Positions 27,608-36,176 of a DNA stretch of 36,176 bases are shown here, in pieces (the stretch's first letter is position 1; each line of letters begins with the position of its first letter). Where the stretch lies: assembly GCA_964647565.1 (NCBI GenBank), contig CAZYIM010000004.1, positions 1 to 36,176 on the forward strand. The letters are read 5' to 3'. Position numbers and translations under genes: made by a program. The notes below the pieces were generated by a model. The model ran no database searches, was not told the origin of the DNA, and saw only the letters and a list, made by a program, of their open reading frames with translations. The DNA is from an uncultured Methanosarcinales archaeon (GTDB lineage Archaea; Nanobdellota; Nanobdellia; Woesearchaeales; CAZYIM01).

Positions 27608-28771
27608 TTAAATATTTTTTTGTTTTTTAAAAACCAATACTTTAAGTTTTTGTTCACCTGTATAAATTTCATGATCTTTATCCAAGATAAATTTATGCTT
27701 TTTTGCGAGTCCAAGAATTTCTTCGTCTTTTGAAACTACCAATACGATCCTGCCTTTGGGTTTCATTACATTTTTTACCTGGACAAATAGTTCTTGGTAT
27801 AATTTTTCAACATCTTTCTTTCTGCATTTTTTTGAAAACGGCGGTGGTTGGCTTACAACTTTATCAACAGAGTTTTTATTGAAGATCGTGTCCATCCAGT
27901 CAACTTCTTTTTTCGTAATCTCTAGGTACTCGTGCACACCCGCAATTTTACTGTTTTTTCGTGTAGTGTTAATGTTATTGAGCAAAAAGTCTATAGCATA
28001 TATTTTTTTGTCAGGAATTATAATTTTCTTGTTTTCTTCAATAATAACCTTTTCCGCAGCATCCTTGATGCTTTTGATATTAATAAAAGCAAACTCTTCA
28101 ATCCTGAAATTAGGTGCTTTATTTGTGCACCACAGAGCTGCCTCGATTGGAATGGTGCCTGATCCACTAAATGGATCTACCAGCAGCTCTCCCGGCTTAT
28201 AACCTCCAAGCTTTAGTGCAGTGTAAGCAATATTGCCTTTGAGCGATCTTGGATAGTTAAAAACCCTATAATCTCTTTTTGACAGATCTTTTCCAGTCAT
28301 GTCAATTCCAAACCAACCTTTATTTTCAATGATATAAATGAAAACAGTTAGGTCAGAATTTCGCATAATGACTTTAGGGCACTGCTTTTTCCCTAAAACC
28401 TCTATGATTAAAGCGCCAACCTCTCGTTCAATATCATTCCGTACAAAATTGTGCTTACCCTTTCTTAAGCATCTGACTCTAAAACTATCAACAGAAGTTA
28501 TCCATTTTTTAAATGCTGTTTTTTCCACTAATTTCTTTATTTTTTTCAAGGTGCTATCTAGTTTATTATCTGCATTGAACTTTCCAAATTCAAGCAGAAT
28601 TTTTTTAGCAGTCCTTGTTTTATAGATGATTCTGATCAAATCCTCTATTTTATCAACATTAAAGCTTACAGCAGTCTGTAAGACAGCAACTTTCGTTGCA
28701 TTGAAGAGAGTATGCAATTCATCTGCCATAACTTGCTCTGTTCCTTTCTCAACAATAGCTAATCCGTTCAT
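27608..28771 (-). CDS. THUMP-domain RNA methyltransferase (Trm14/RlmL-like)
   Basis: SFRVRCLRKGKHNF (THUMP), GIDMTGKDLSKRDYRV, DPFSGSGTIPIEAA. Motif IV reads QPPPF. Confidence 0.82.
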   Translation of the reverse strand: MNGLAIVEKGTEQVMADELHTLFNATKVAVLQTAVSFNVDKIEDLIRIIYKTRTAKKILLEFGKFNADNKLDSTLKKIKKLVEKTAFKKWITSVDSFRVRCLRKGKHNFVRNDIEREVGALIIEVLGKKQCPKVIMRNSDLTVFIYIIENKGWFGIDMTGKDLSKRDYRVFNYPRSLKGNIAYTALKLGGYKPGELLVDPFSGSGTIPIEAALWCTNKAPNFRIEEFAFINIKSIKDAAEKVIIEENKKIIIPDKKIYAIDFLLNNINTTRKNSKIAGVHEYLEITKKEVDWMDTIFNKNSVDKVVSQPPPFSKKCRKKDVEKLYQELFVQVKNVMKPKGRIVLVVSKDEEILGLAKKHKFILDKDHEIYTGEQKLKVLVFKKQKNI

Positions 28772-28792
28772 TTTTAGAATAATTAGATGGAA

Positions 28793-29575
28793 TTAAACAA
28801 GGCCTAATTTCTTCAAAACATAATGATATAAACCCTTCGTCTCTTCACCTTCCAGTTGTTTTGCATAGCTTTCCCCTAAAAGCTGTTTTGCAAGGTTGAA
28901 ATATTCTTTAGATGCCTTGCTTTTTGGATGGCTGTGAAGGACAGGTTTCTTTATTTTTGCAGCTTTTTTAACATTAGTATCATAAGGGATCTTAGCAATG
29001 ATGGGAAGTTCAAGGAAGGTTTCTATCTCTTGGTCACCCATATCCTCTTTTCCATTCCTGGATTTGGTTAAGACAATACCTAATGTAGTCTTATTAAGCT
29101 TTCTAGCGATGTGGGCTGTTTTCAAGGCCTCTGTTACTGAGGCCAGCTCAGGATTTGCTACAATCAAAACCTCATCACAGGCTTCAAGGGGCATAATGGC
29201 TTCAGATCCAAGACCTGCTGCAGTATCTATGATTACAACGTCTGTTTTGCCCTTTAAATCATGTAGTGCATCTTTCATCTTTCTGTTATCTATATTTTGA
29301 AGATCATTAACAGAAATACTGCCGGGAATCAGTTTAATGCCTGTAGTATGAGTGTGGATTGTTTCATCAATTTTCTTTTTATTTTTAATCACATCATGAA
29401 GGGTATTATTTTTCAAAGGTGCATCTATATAGATTCCGATGTTGGGTGTTGTCAGATTTCCATCTACCAGAATGTTTTCCTTCCCATATTTATGAAATGC
29501 ATATGCAAGGTTGATTGCAGTTGTTGTCTTTCCAACTCCGCCCTTACCTGATATGACGCATATATATCTAGTCAT
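28793..29575 (-). CDS. minD: MinD/ParA-family ATPase
   Basis: Deviant Walker A SGKGGVGKTT, VDGNL, IDTAAGLG, NPELAS, IPYD. C-terminal amphipathic helix LYHYVLKKLGLV resembles a membrane-targeting sequence. Confidence 0.88.
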   Translation of the reverse strand: MTRYICVISGKGGVGKTTTAINLAYAFHKYGKENILVDGNLTTPNIGIYIDAPLKNNTLHDVIKNKKKIDETIHTHTTGIKLIPGSISVNDLQNIDNRKMKDALHDLKGKTDVVIIDTAAGLGSEAIMPLEACDEVLIVANPELASVTEALKTAHIARKLNKTTLGIVLTKSRNGKEDMGDQEIETFLELPIIAKIPYDTNVKKAAKIKKPVLHSHPKSKASKEYFNLAKQLLGESYAKQLEGEETKGLYHYVLKKLGLV

Positions 29576-30051
29576 TTTTCCTCCGGATTAATTAGTACTT
29601 TATCAATATATTCAAAAAACTTCTTTTGAAAATGATAGTATTCAGTTATGATGTCGATGTTGATGATTTCTTTTCTTCCATCGACATAGCTTATCATGGT
29701 TACGTGTCTTCTGAATTCCTGCTCTTTTTGAGGGTTATTAGTTCTCATAAGTTTTCTTAATAGGAAATATAGGTTGACATTGTCTTTTATGACTTCATCA
29801 TCTTCAAAATTCTGTTTTAACAACTCACCCCTTTCGATTGGGGAATCGGGCATTGCAGCAATCTTTTTATCATCCAAGGCCTTTATTAGGATAACCTCGA
29901 GTAAATAATCATAGCAATCCACCATCCTGCTGATAATATTTTGAAAAACATCGACAGTTCTCGTATATTTTAAACTTACAAATATCATATGTTCGACTCT
30001 CTTAAGCTCTTCTTTTGCATCATTCAATACGTCATTTAAAGATTCCTGCAT
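29572..30051 (-). CDS. Hypothetical all-alpha protein, paralog of the adjacent ORF
   Basis: AKEELKRVEHMIFVS...P...EFRRH. ATGA overlap with minD. Confidence 0.75.
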   Translation of the reverse strand: MQESLNDVLNDAKEELKRVEHMIFVSLKYTRTVDVFQNIISRMVDCYDYLLEVILIKALDDKKIAAMPDSPIERGELLKQNFEDDEVIKDNVNLYFLLRKLMRTNNPQKEQEFRRHVTMISYVDGRKEIINIDIITEYYHFQKKFFEYIDKVLINPEEK

Positions 30052-30517
30052 TTTTATTCACCAAATTTGTCATTTCATTCACAAATAGCTTGGTCCTAGA
30101 TATATATTTCTTTATATCTGGGACAGATATTGTTTTCATTTGATAATTAGCTCCACAAATTACGAATTTGTCTTTCCTAGCAAATTCAACAGGGCTGTTT
30201 TTATGATCCTTTAATAGCTCCCTGATTTCTTGGATCATACCAAGATAACCCTTATCTATTCTATATCTTTCGATTAAACTGGACTTAAAGACATTAAATC
30301 TTGAGTCAAAAGACTCTTGGAATGGTGGCACTCTCTTAAAAAGCCTCTCATAATACAATAATGAGGTCATAGCATTATCAAGACTCGAAAAGACATTCTC
30401 AAGTACAGCCAAAAGCAGTTTGGGATCGTTGACAATCGGAAAAGTCATGACCAGCATGTGGTCTGCAATTCTTATTTTTTTAATAGCGAGATCTCTATAT
30501 TCTTGGAACTGCTCCAT
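30032..30517 (-). CDS. Hypothetical all-alpha protein, paralog of the adjacent ORF
   Basis: AIKKIRIADHMLVMT...SPVEFARK. TATA-like TTTATATT about 25 nt upstream. Confidence 0.78.
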   Translation of the reverse strand: MEQFQEYRDLAIKKIRIADHMLVMTFPIVNDPKLLLAVLENVFSSLDNAMTSLLYYERLFKRVPPFQESFDSRFNVFKSSLIERYRIDKGYLGMIQEIRELLKDHKNSPVEFARKDKFVICGANYQMKTISVPDIKKYISRTKLFVNEMTNLVNKNAGIFK

Positions 30518-30575
30518 AGGAAAAGTGATGGTTCTATAATATATAAATTTATCGACAAAAGATAATAATTCTATG

Positions 30576-30923
30576 TTAATCCGAAGAGAGCTTCAGTATA
30601 GCTTCAGCAAGGTCGCCATTGGTTTCTTCAATTGCTTTTGTTGCTTCTTCTTTGGTGCAGTTGGCTTGTTCCATCACTGTTTGGACATCTTCCTCAGAAA
30701 TTTCTGGCGCAGTGTCAATAAACCGCTCATGTTCTTCGCCAGTTATCTGATATGTATCCTGACCCATCATGTTGACTTTAGCAACATTAGGGTTCGTAAT
30801 GACAATTTCTTTATCCTCAAGCCTTATGATAACTTCTTTTGCGTTCATCTCCTGTTGGGAGATGCCCATTTTTTTCATGGCCTGTCGCATCTGCCTAGAA
30901 TTCATATTCATTCCCGGTAGCAA
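30576..30923 (-). CDS. nac: Nascent polypeptide-associated complex protein
   Basis: MRQAMKKMGI, EVII, ITNP.V....MMGQ.TYQI.G, C-terminal UBA domain EEDV..VMEQ...A.KA....NGDLAEAILKL. Confidence 0.95.
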   Translation of the reverse strand: MLPGMNMNSRQMRQAMKKMGISQQEMNAKEVIIRLEDKEIVITNPNVAKVNMMGQDTYQITGEEHERFIDTAPEISEEDVQTVMEQANCTKEEATKAIEETNGDLAEAILKLSSD

Positions 30924-30929
30924 CCTTAA

Positions 30930-31106
30930 TCACCCCAATCCTAACCATTTTGTGCCTTGTAAATGTAGAAGAATCTCAATTATGATAACAATAATAACAA
31001 GAATGATAATATGTTCTGGTTTGAATTCTATCTTGGACTTATATTCATCAAAATATCTTGTTAATCCTGCCCCCGAAGAGGGCATAGTGACTCTGTCCTT
31101 TGACAT
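30930..31106 (-). CDS. secG: Preprotein translocase subunit Sec61beta/SecG (58 aa, absent from the ORF track)
   Basis: Manual translation MSKDRVTMPSSGAGLTRYFDEYKSKIEFKPEHIIILVIIVIIIEILLHLQGTKWLGLG shows the AGL.RYF signature, P and one TM helix. Confidence 0.92.
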   Translation of the reverse strand: MSKDRVTMPSSGAGLTRYFDEYKSKIEFKPEHIIILVIIVIIIEILLHLQGTKWLGLG

Positions 31107-31204
31107 GGAAGCTAGAATATGGGTTTAATTTATAAATTTTATTATACTTTGTAGGTAAACCCTCAGCTATCGAAAAATACACTTATAGCTGATTTGGCTT
31201 ACGT

Positions 31205-31651
31205 TCAAACAAGTTCTGTAGAATTGAGATACGCACAGTTACTTACGCAGGTTACAATACCCTTGACGCCATCAATCTTGAGCAGAGTATCTATGCTGGT
31301 CACATCCCTCTTGGAAAGGATGCCCTGGGCATACCATTGCCCCTGCTCCTGATAGACGCTGATGATAGAGGATTGTGCGCTAAAAACAGTGGCAGATGAT
31401 CTTAAGAAATTCTCTGCATAGTTCCTGGCCTTTTTTTCTGTTACCAGTACTCGTTCAAATGTACATTCATTGTAGTTTTCTGCCTTTTTACCGTCCGGGC
31501 AAAAATAAGTTACCTTGGTGGATATAATTTCCTGTCCACCCCCTGCAGAGCCATCTTTGCATAGATAAACAGTTTGGCTTCCAGTACATCCAGATATCAG
31601 AAGTAAAAGTATTAAAATGGATGTTGTAATCAGGATGTTTTTCATTTCCAT
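31205..31651 (-). CDS. Small predicted lipoprotein with two YxCxDG motifs
   Basis: Signal peptide with ISGC, YLCKDG and YFCPDG, C-terminal PepSY-like alpha/beta pattern. Confidence 0.75.
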   Translation of the reverse strand: MEMKNILITTSILILLLLISGCTGSQTVYLCKDGSAGGGQEIISTKVTYFCPDGKKAENYNECTFERVLVTEKKARNYAENFLRSSATVFSAQSSIISVYQEQGQWYAQGILSKRDVTSIDTLLKIDGVKGIVTCVSNCAYLNSTELV

Positions 31652-31786
31652 TTATTAATCTTGATTTTCCTAATTTAAAAAGTTTACTTTTCTGGAGACT
31701 TTAAAATTGTATAACTATTTAGTGATTTTATGAAATATTTCTATTTTCGAAAATTATTAAAATTAACCTGAAAACTAGCTGTTAAG

Positions 31787-32437
31787 ATGAAAATTAAAAA
31801 CCTTCTTCCTATTCTCTTTAGTATTCTGCTTTTTGGTACTATTTGGGGCATACTTGAAGCAACATTAGGCAATGTTCTTCATTTTATTGGATTGCATCCT
31901 TGGACAGGTAAGATCATGACTGCTATTGGAGCTGGATTGATGGGTTTTGTCAGATCTGCGCATCGCGTTAGATGGACTGGAACTGCAATGGCAATAATTG
32001 CTGCTGCCTTGAAAAGCCTCGACCTTCTTATAGAAGGAAGCAATGTTTTCCGACCCATGATAGCTATATTGCTTGGAGGCATTGCCTTTGAGCTTGTCTT
32101 ATATGTCACAGATAAACTAAAAGAAAGTCAGATTGTAAATGCTGCAGCAGGATTTGGAACTGGTTTTTTAGCAGCAACAGGGTTTGTATTTGCAGCTGCC
32201 TATATTCTCAAGCATAAATATTGGTTAGGTATGGGTTTTGCAGGTCTTATAAAATATCTATTGGTTGAAGGATGGCAGTTTGGCTTGCTAGCCATGGTAA
32301 CTTTCTTGTTAGGTTGGAATCTTGTGAAATTGATTAATATGAGAATACCTCTTCAGCAAGTATTAAGATCAAGGTTTTATTACTTCATATCAATACTTTT
32401 TTCAGTTTTAGCCTTCATATTAGTACCTTTACTCTAA
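31787..32437 (+). CDS. Integral membrane protein (about 6-7 TM), possibly ECF S-component-like
   Basis: 216 aa, Gly/Ala-rich helices, WG..EATLG..LH. First gene of an apparent operon with the NTPase and GAPOR. Confidence 0.7.
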   Translation: MKIKNLLPILFSILLFGTIWGILEATLGNVLHFIGLHPWTGKIMTAIGAGLMGFVRSAHRVRWTGTAMAIIAAALKSLDLLIEGSNVFRPMIAILLGGIAFELVLYVTDKLKESQIVNAAAGFGTGFLAATGFVFAAAYILKHKYWLGMGFAGLIKYLLVEGWQFGLLAMVTFLLGWNLVKLINMRIPLQQVLRSRFYYFISILFSVLAFILVPLL

Positions 32438-32440
32438 AAA

Positions 32441-32941
32441 ATGAACGTAATAATAACATCTGAACCGCATGTTGGGAAGACAACTGTAGTTGAGAAGATG
32501 ATGGCATTATTGCAGAAGAATAATGTTCCTGTAGGAGGTATTTTGTGCAAACGCCATACGATAAAAGAAATAGGAGGCAAGTCTCAGAGGTTCTATTATC
32601 TGGGTGAGATGAACAACTGTGAAAAGGTCGGGCATTGTTATATCCTGAACTCGGCCATTGAATTTGGTGAACAAGCCATAAAAAACACATGGGACCAGGA
32701 AGGTTACATAATCATTGATGAATATGGCTCTTTAGAGCTTAGAGGGAAGGGATTTCATGGAGTGACTGAAGAGAGCCTTAAATTGGAGAGGTGTATCATT
32801 CTTGTAAGGAAGATTCTGCTTAAGAGATTTGTTGAGAAATTCCCTTATAAGTTCCTCATTTTCGAGGTAACTAAGGAAAACAGGAACCAGATGCCTAAGA
32901 TCATCTGTAAATGTCTTTGTAAAAAAGAGGATAAGTCATGA
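32441..32941 (+). CDS. Nucleoside-triphosphatase (NTPase_1/THEP1 family)
   Basis: ITSEPHVGKTT Walker A variant, VGGI, IIIDEYGSLE Walker B, VTKENRN. Confidence 0.85.
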   Translation: MNVIITSEPHVGKTTVVEKMMALLQKNNVPVGGILCKRHTIKEIGGKSQRFYYLGEMNNCEKVGHCYILNSAIEFGEQAIKNTWDQEGYIIIDEYGSLELRGKGFHGVTEESLKLERCIILVRKILLKRFVEKFPYKFLIFEVTKENRNQMPKIICKCLCKKEDKS

Positions 32942-34818
32942 TTGATCAAACAGCAGCCTATATTGACGCTACTAGTAAGCAGTTCAAGGTGGAAAAGTTC
33001 TATGATGATGATATTATTGGTCCTGTTGATTTTGGCCTAAGTGAGGCAAAAAAGGATCCTGAGAGCTTTTGTTTTGGAAGTGGCATCTTAGCTGGTTCCA
33101 TTATTCCTGGCGCAAAGAGATTGATTTTCTTTGGCCATTCTCCTCTGTGGCAGAATTACTATATCTCAACTATGGGTGGAGCTGCTTTTGTATTTCATAA
33201 GACAGGCCTTAACTATGTCTGTATCAAGGGCTGTTGTGATAAACATTCAATTCTAAAGATCAATTTCAAAGATGGTCAGCTTTTAGTTGATTTTGAGGAT
33301 GTAGATGTCGAATCGATATGGAGAGATTATCAGGGCTTGAAAGGGACATATGCTTTACAGAAGTATTGTTATGATGAATATCATGAAGAGTTTACTGATT
33401 ATAAAAGTTTCAGGATATTAGCGACAGGTCCTGCAGCTCAAAAAACAAGGATTGGTGCTATAATGTCTGCACCCATTGAGAAGGGGGGACCTAATCATGT
33501 TGATTGTTGGGCTGGAAGGGGTGGTCTTGGTTCCAAGTTGGTACAGGAACATAAGATTGTGGCTGTTGTATATGGGGGTAATTTTGTTAATCCTGATGAG
33601 TTTGCAGATGACAAAGGCGAGATCCAAGAGCTGTTTATGGATGAGTTCAACAAGAGCATGGTGTGTACTGATATTGATGTCACTAAAAAATATCGTTTTG
33701 ATCCGACATATAACTCAGGAGGAACATTTGGAGTGAACTACACCAAGTTAAAAGGCTGGATGTTTTGCTTTAACTATAGCTCTATTTACTTTTCTGAAGA
33801 GAAAAGACTTGATATCCATAAGCGTTTTGTTGTGGACCATTACCTCAAGCAATTCAATGAAGAGACCATTGAAAAAAAGCAGTTCAAGCATTGTGGTGAG
33901 CCTTGTAGTGTTGTCTGTAAGAAGATGAATAATGGGTTCAAAAAAGATTATGAACCCTACCAAACCCTCGGGCCCAACAGTGGAATATTTGATCAGAGAG
34001 CTGCAGAAAAGCTTAACCATCATGCTGACACAATGGGCTTTGATGCAATCCAGGTTGGAGGCTTGCTTTCATGGATACTGGATATCCTTTCAAAAGGACT
34101 GATCAAGAAAGAGGATTTTGACATTTCACAGGATCCTAAGTTCGATCCAGACAATTTTGATATTGTTGCAGATTCCATGCACAATGCAGATCTTGGTGTT
34201 GAGATACTCAATAGGATCTTGTTCGATGATAAATGTGATGTGTTTAGACAGGGTATACGGAATGCCGCTAAAGCATTGGATCAAAGATATAATATTGACA
34301 CGATAAACCATGCTGTTTTCATTGCGTTTGGTAAAGATGGGTGTATGGTGCCAAACCAATACTGGACGCCCGGCATGTTTTCGCCTATGCCTATCATGGG
34401 TAAGTATTTTGAGTATTATGGCTCTGATTTTCTGCCACCTTATGAATTAGGCAAGAAAAACACAGAACGCATGACAAAAGAGTTATACATGGACAACACA
34501 GGTATGTGTAGATTCCATAGAGGTTGGGCAGAGAAGCTTATAGAAAGTCTTGTAAATGATCTGTTCGAGGAAGAGATTGACTTTTATTCTCACCATAGGA
34601 AGCTTGTGCAGCAGATCAACTGGGGAAACAAGCCTGTCTTTTGGGAGTCAAACAGAGTTGTTGACATCATCAAAGGCTTTTTAGAGAAGAATCTTAGTGG
34701 AGATCCTGATAATAAAGAGCTTAAAGACTGGATTGACAGATTTAATACTGATAAGCCTAAGGCTGCAAAAGAGTTTTGGGAGCAAATTTTAAAGGGTATC
34801 AACGATTCGTTGACCTAA
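32938..34818 (+). CDS. gor: Glyceraldehyde-3-phosphate:ferredoxin oxidoreductase (AOR family, W/Mo-pterin)
   Basis: STMGGA, WAGRGGLGS, GGTFGVNY, CGEPCSVVCKK (4Fe-4S), KDYEPYQTLGP..GIFDQRAAE, MVPNQYWTPG, CRFHRGWAE. Confidence 0.88.
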   Translation: MIDQTAAYIDATSKQFKVEKFYDDDIIGPVDFGLSEAKKDPESFCFGSGILAGSIIPGAKRLIFFGHSPLWQNYYISTMGGAAFVFHKTGLNYVCIKGCCDKHSILKINFKDGQLLVDFEDVDVESIWRDYQGLKGTYALQKYCYDEYHEEFTDYKSFRILATGPAAQKTRIGAIMSAPIEKGGPNHVDCWAGRGGLGSKLVQEHKIVAVVYGGNFVNPDEFADDKGEIQELFMDEFNKSMVCTDIDVTKKYRFDPTYNSGGTFGVNYTKLKGWMFCFNYSSIYFSEEKRLDIHKRFVVDHYLKQFNEETIEKKQFKHCGEPCSVVCKKMNNGFKKDYEPYQTLGPNSGIFDQRAAEKLNHHADTMGFDAIQVGGLLSWILDILSKGLIKKEDFDISQDPKFDPDNFDIVADSMHNADLGVEILNRILFDDKCDVFRQGIRNAAKALDQRYNIDTINHAVFIAFGKDGCMVPNQYWTPGMFSPMPIMGKYFEYYGSDFLPPYELGKKNTERMTKELYMDNTGMCRFHRGWAEKLIESLVNDLFEEEIDFYSHHRKLVQQINWGNKPVFWESNRVVDIIKGFLEKNLSGDPDNKELKDWIDRFNTDKPKAAKEFWEQILKGINDSLT

Positions 34819-34885
34819 ATTTTTCATTAGAAAAATTTATATACATACTTACCTGTTGTAATAATTATTAAAAGGGGTGTTAGAT

Positions 34886-35866
34886 GTGCAGGACATGTTA
34901 AACAATATTAAAGAACGAGCAACTTCTCTTAACAAAAGGATGGTGTTTCCTGAAAGCACAGATGAACGGATTCTAAAGGCTTGTGAGATTATGGTGCAGG
35001 AAAAAATCGCTACGCCTATATTAATTGGCAATCCTGATGAGATTAATTCCAAGGCTAAAGAGCTAAATGTGAACCTTGAGGGGATTGAGATTCACGATCC
35101 TCAGAATTTTCCAGATTACGAGCCATATGCAAATGCGATGTATGAGTTGCGAAAGGGGAAAGGGATGACAATTGAAGAGGCCCATCAGATTTTACAGGAG
35201 CCAATATATCTTGGGACAATGATGGTGCATCTTGGAAACGCAGATGGCTTGATTTCAGGCGCTTGCCACCCGACAGCACATACCTTAAGACCTGCTTTGC
35301 AGATAATCAAGACTCATGAAAAATTCCATAAAGTATCAAGTGTTTTCTTTATGATGTTAGAGCAAAGGCTTATTATCTTTGCAGATTGTGCGGTAGAGAT
35401 AGAGCCTGACGCAAAAGATCTTGCTCTTATTGCGATTGATACTGAAAAGACTGCAAAGAAATTTGGAATAGAACCCCGAATGGCAATGCTTTCTTTTTCA
35501 ACTAATGGATCCGCAAAACATCCGCTAGTTGACAAGGTCAGAGAAGCAACTCAAATAGTCAAGGCCAAGGCTCCTGATCTTATTGTTGAAGGAGAGATAC
35601 AGGTTGATGCTGCGTTGGTCCCTGAGATTGGTGAAAAAAAATTTCCAAATTCTGAATTAAAGGGAAATGCAAATATCCTGATTTTTCCAGACCTCAATTC
35701 AGGAAACATAGCTTACAAGCTTGTCCAGAGGTTAGCCGGCGCACACGCAGTTGGCCCGATACTACAGGGACTTAACAAGCCAGTGAATGACTTAAGCAGG
35801 GGATGTAATGTACAGGACATTGTTGATGTTGCAGCCATAACTGTTGTAGAAACTCAAGAAGAATAA
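34886..35866 (+). CDS. pta: Phosphate acetyltransferase
   Basis: VFPESTDERILKA, ADGLISGA, FADCAV, AMLSFST.GS, GEIQVDAA, FPDLNSGNIAYK, GPILQGLNKPVNDLSRG. Start GTG 34886 follows SD GGGGTG (34877 and 34895 are alternatives). Confidence 0.95.
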   Translation: MQDMLNNIKERATSLNKRMVFPESTDERILKACEIMVQEKIATPILIGNPDEINSKAKELNVNLEGIEIHDPQNFPDYEPYANAMYELRKGKGMTIEEAHQILQEPIYLGTMMVHLGNADGLISGACHPTAHTLRPALQIIKTHEKFHKVSSVFFMMLEQRLIIFADCAVEIEPDAKDLALIAIDTEKTAKKFGIEPRMAMLSFSTNGSAKHPLVDKVREATQIVKAKAPDLIVEGEIQVDAALVPEIGEKKFPNSELKGNANILIFPDLNSGNIAYKLVQRLAGAHAVGPILQGLNKPVNDLSRGCNVQDIVDVAAITVVETQEE

Positions 35867-35918
35867 GCAAACCCGTTGTCAAATAAATTTATATATTAGT
35901 TCTTATCCCAATTCTCTC

Positions 35919-36176
35919 ATGTGCGCTAACACATTAAAACAATCCAGATTGATGACTCAGAATAAAGCCATACAGCTTCTTAAACAATATAAGATTCCTT
36001 TTGCAAAATACGCCGTCTGCAAGACAAAAAAAGAGCTTATGAAGAGTGCAAACAAACTGGGTTACCCTCTTGTTATGAAAGTGATTTCTCCAGATGTAAT
36101 TCATAAGACTGAATCTGGCGGGGTTGTTGTTGGTATTAATGATGAAGCCGAGCTTGTTCAAACCTATTCTCTTATG
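35919..36176 (+). CDS. acdB: ADP-forming acetate/acyl-CoA ligase beta subunit (ATP-grasp), truncated by the window edge and absent from the ORF track
   Basis: Manual translation MCANTLKQSRLMTQNKAIQLLKQYKIPFA...LGYPLVMKVISPDVIHKTESGGVVVGI... stays open to the end. TATA TTTATATA about 25 nt upstream. Confidence 0.85.
   Translation, partial: MCANTLKQSRLMTQNKAIQLLKQYKIPFAKYAVCKTKKELMKSANKLGYPLVMKVISPDVIHKTESGGVVVGINDEAELVQTYSLM

Noticed and set aside
30769..31128. 119-aa + strand ORF
   Set aside because: Antisense to nac and secG, which have clear family signatures.
35934..36161. 75-aa minus-strand ORF
   Set aside because: Shadow of the + strand acdB-like frame starting at 35919.
1..36176. CRISPR arrays, transposases, integrases, inteins, tRNA or rRNA genes
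   Set aside because: No regularly spaced direct repeats, mobile-element ORFs, intein insertions (rfcS is normal length) or cloverleaf/rRNA-like stretches were seen by eye.

Overview
Archaeal chromosomal segment, most likely DPANN/Nanobdellota (Woesearchaeota-like). This is inferred from gene content (RFC-S, PAN, FEN1, EndA, histone, Hjc, NAC, aMBF1, Trm5, MinD) and many apparently leaderless genes with a TATA box about 25 nt upstream. From left to right it holds: a tandem quartet of paralogous Cys-containing surface or lipoproteins (6-7406) with a Y-shaped folded element inside the cluster; rfcS and a PRC-barrel gene; a proteolysis cluster (M24, extended M29, PAN); a low-GC membrane gene; an unannotated box C/D guide sRNA (14030-14103) whose first guide fits the 23S rRNA A-loop (U2552 equivalent); RNA/DNA processing genes; a translationally coupled glycosylation-type operon (two degenerate STT3/GT-C-like proteins, processive GT2, thioredoxin-like protein); a secG-nac-paralog pair-minD-THUMP-aMBF1 block; and a fermentative block (putative ECF-like membrane protein, NTPase, GAPOR, Pta, ACD beta subunit cut by the window edge). 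No tRNA, rRNA, CRISPR array or transposase was seen. All family calls come from motif recognition by eye, not from database searches.
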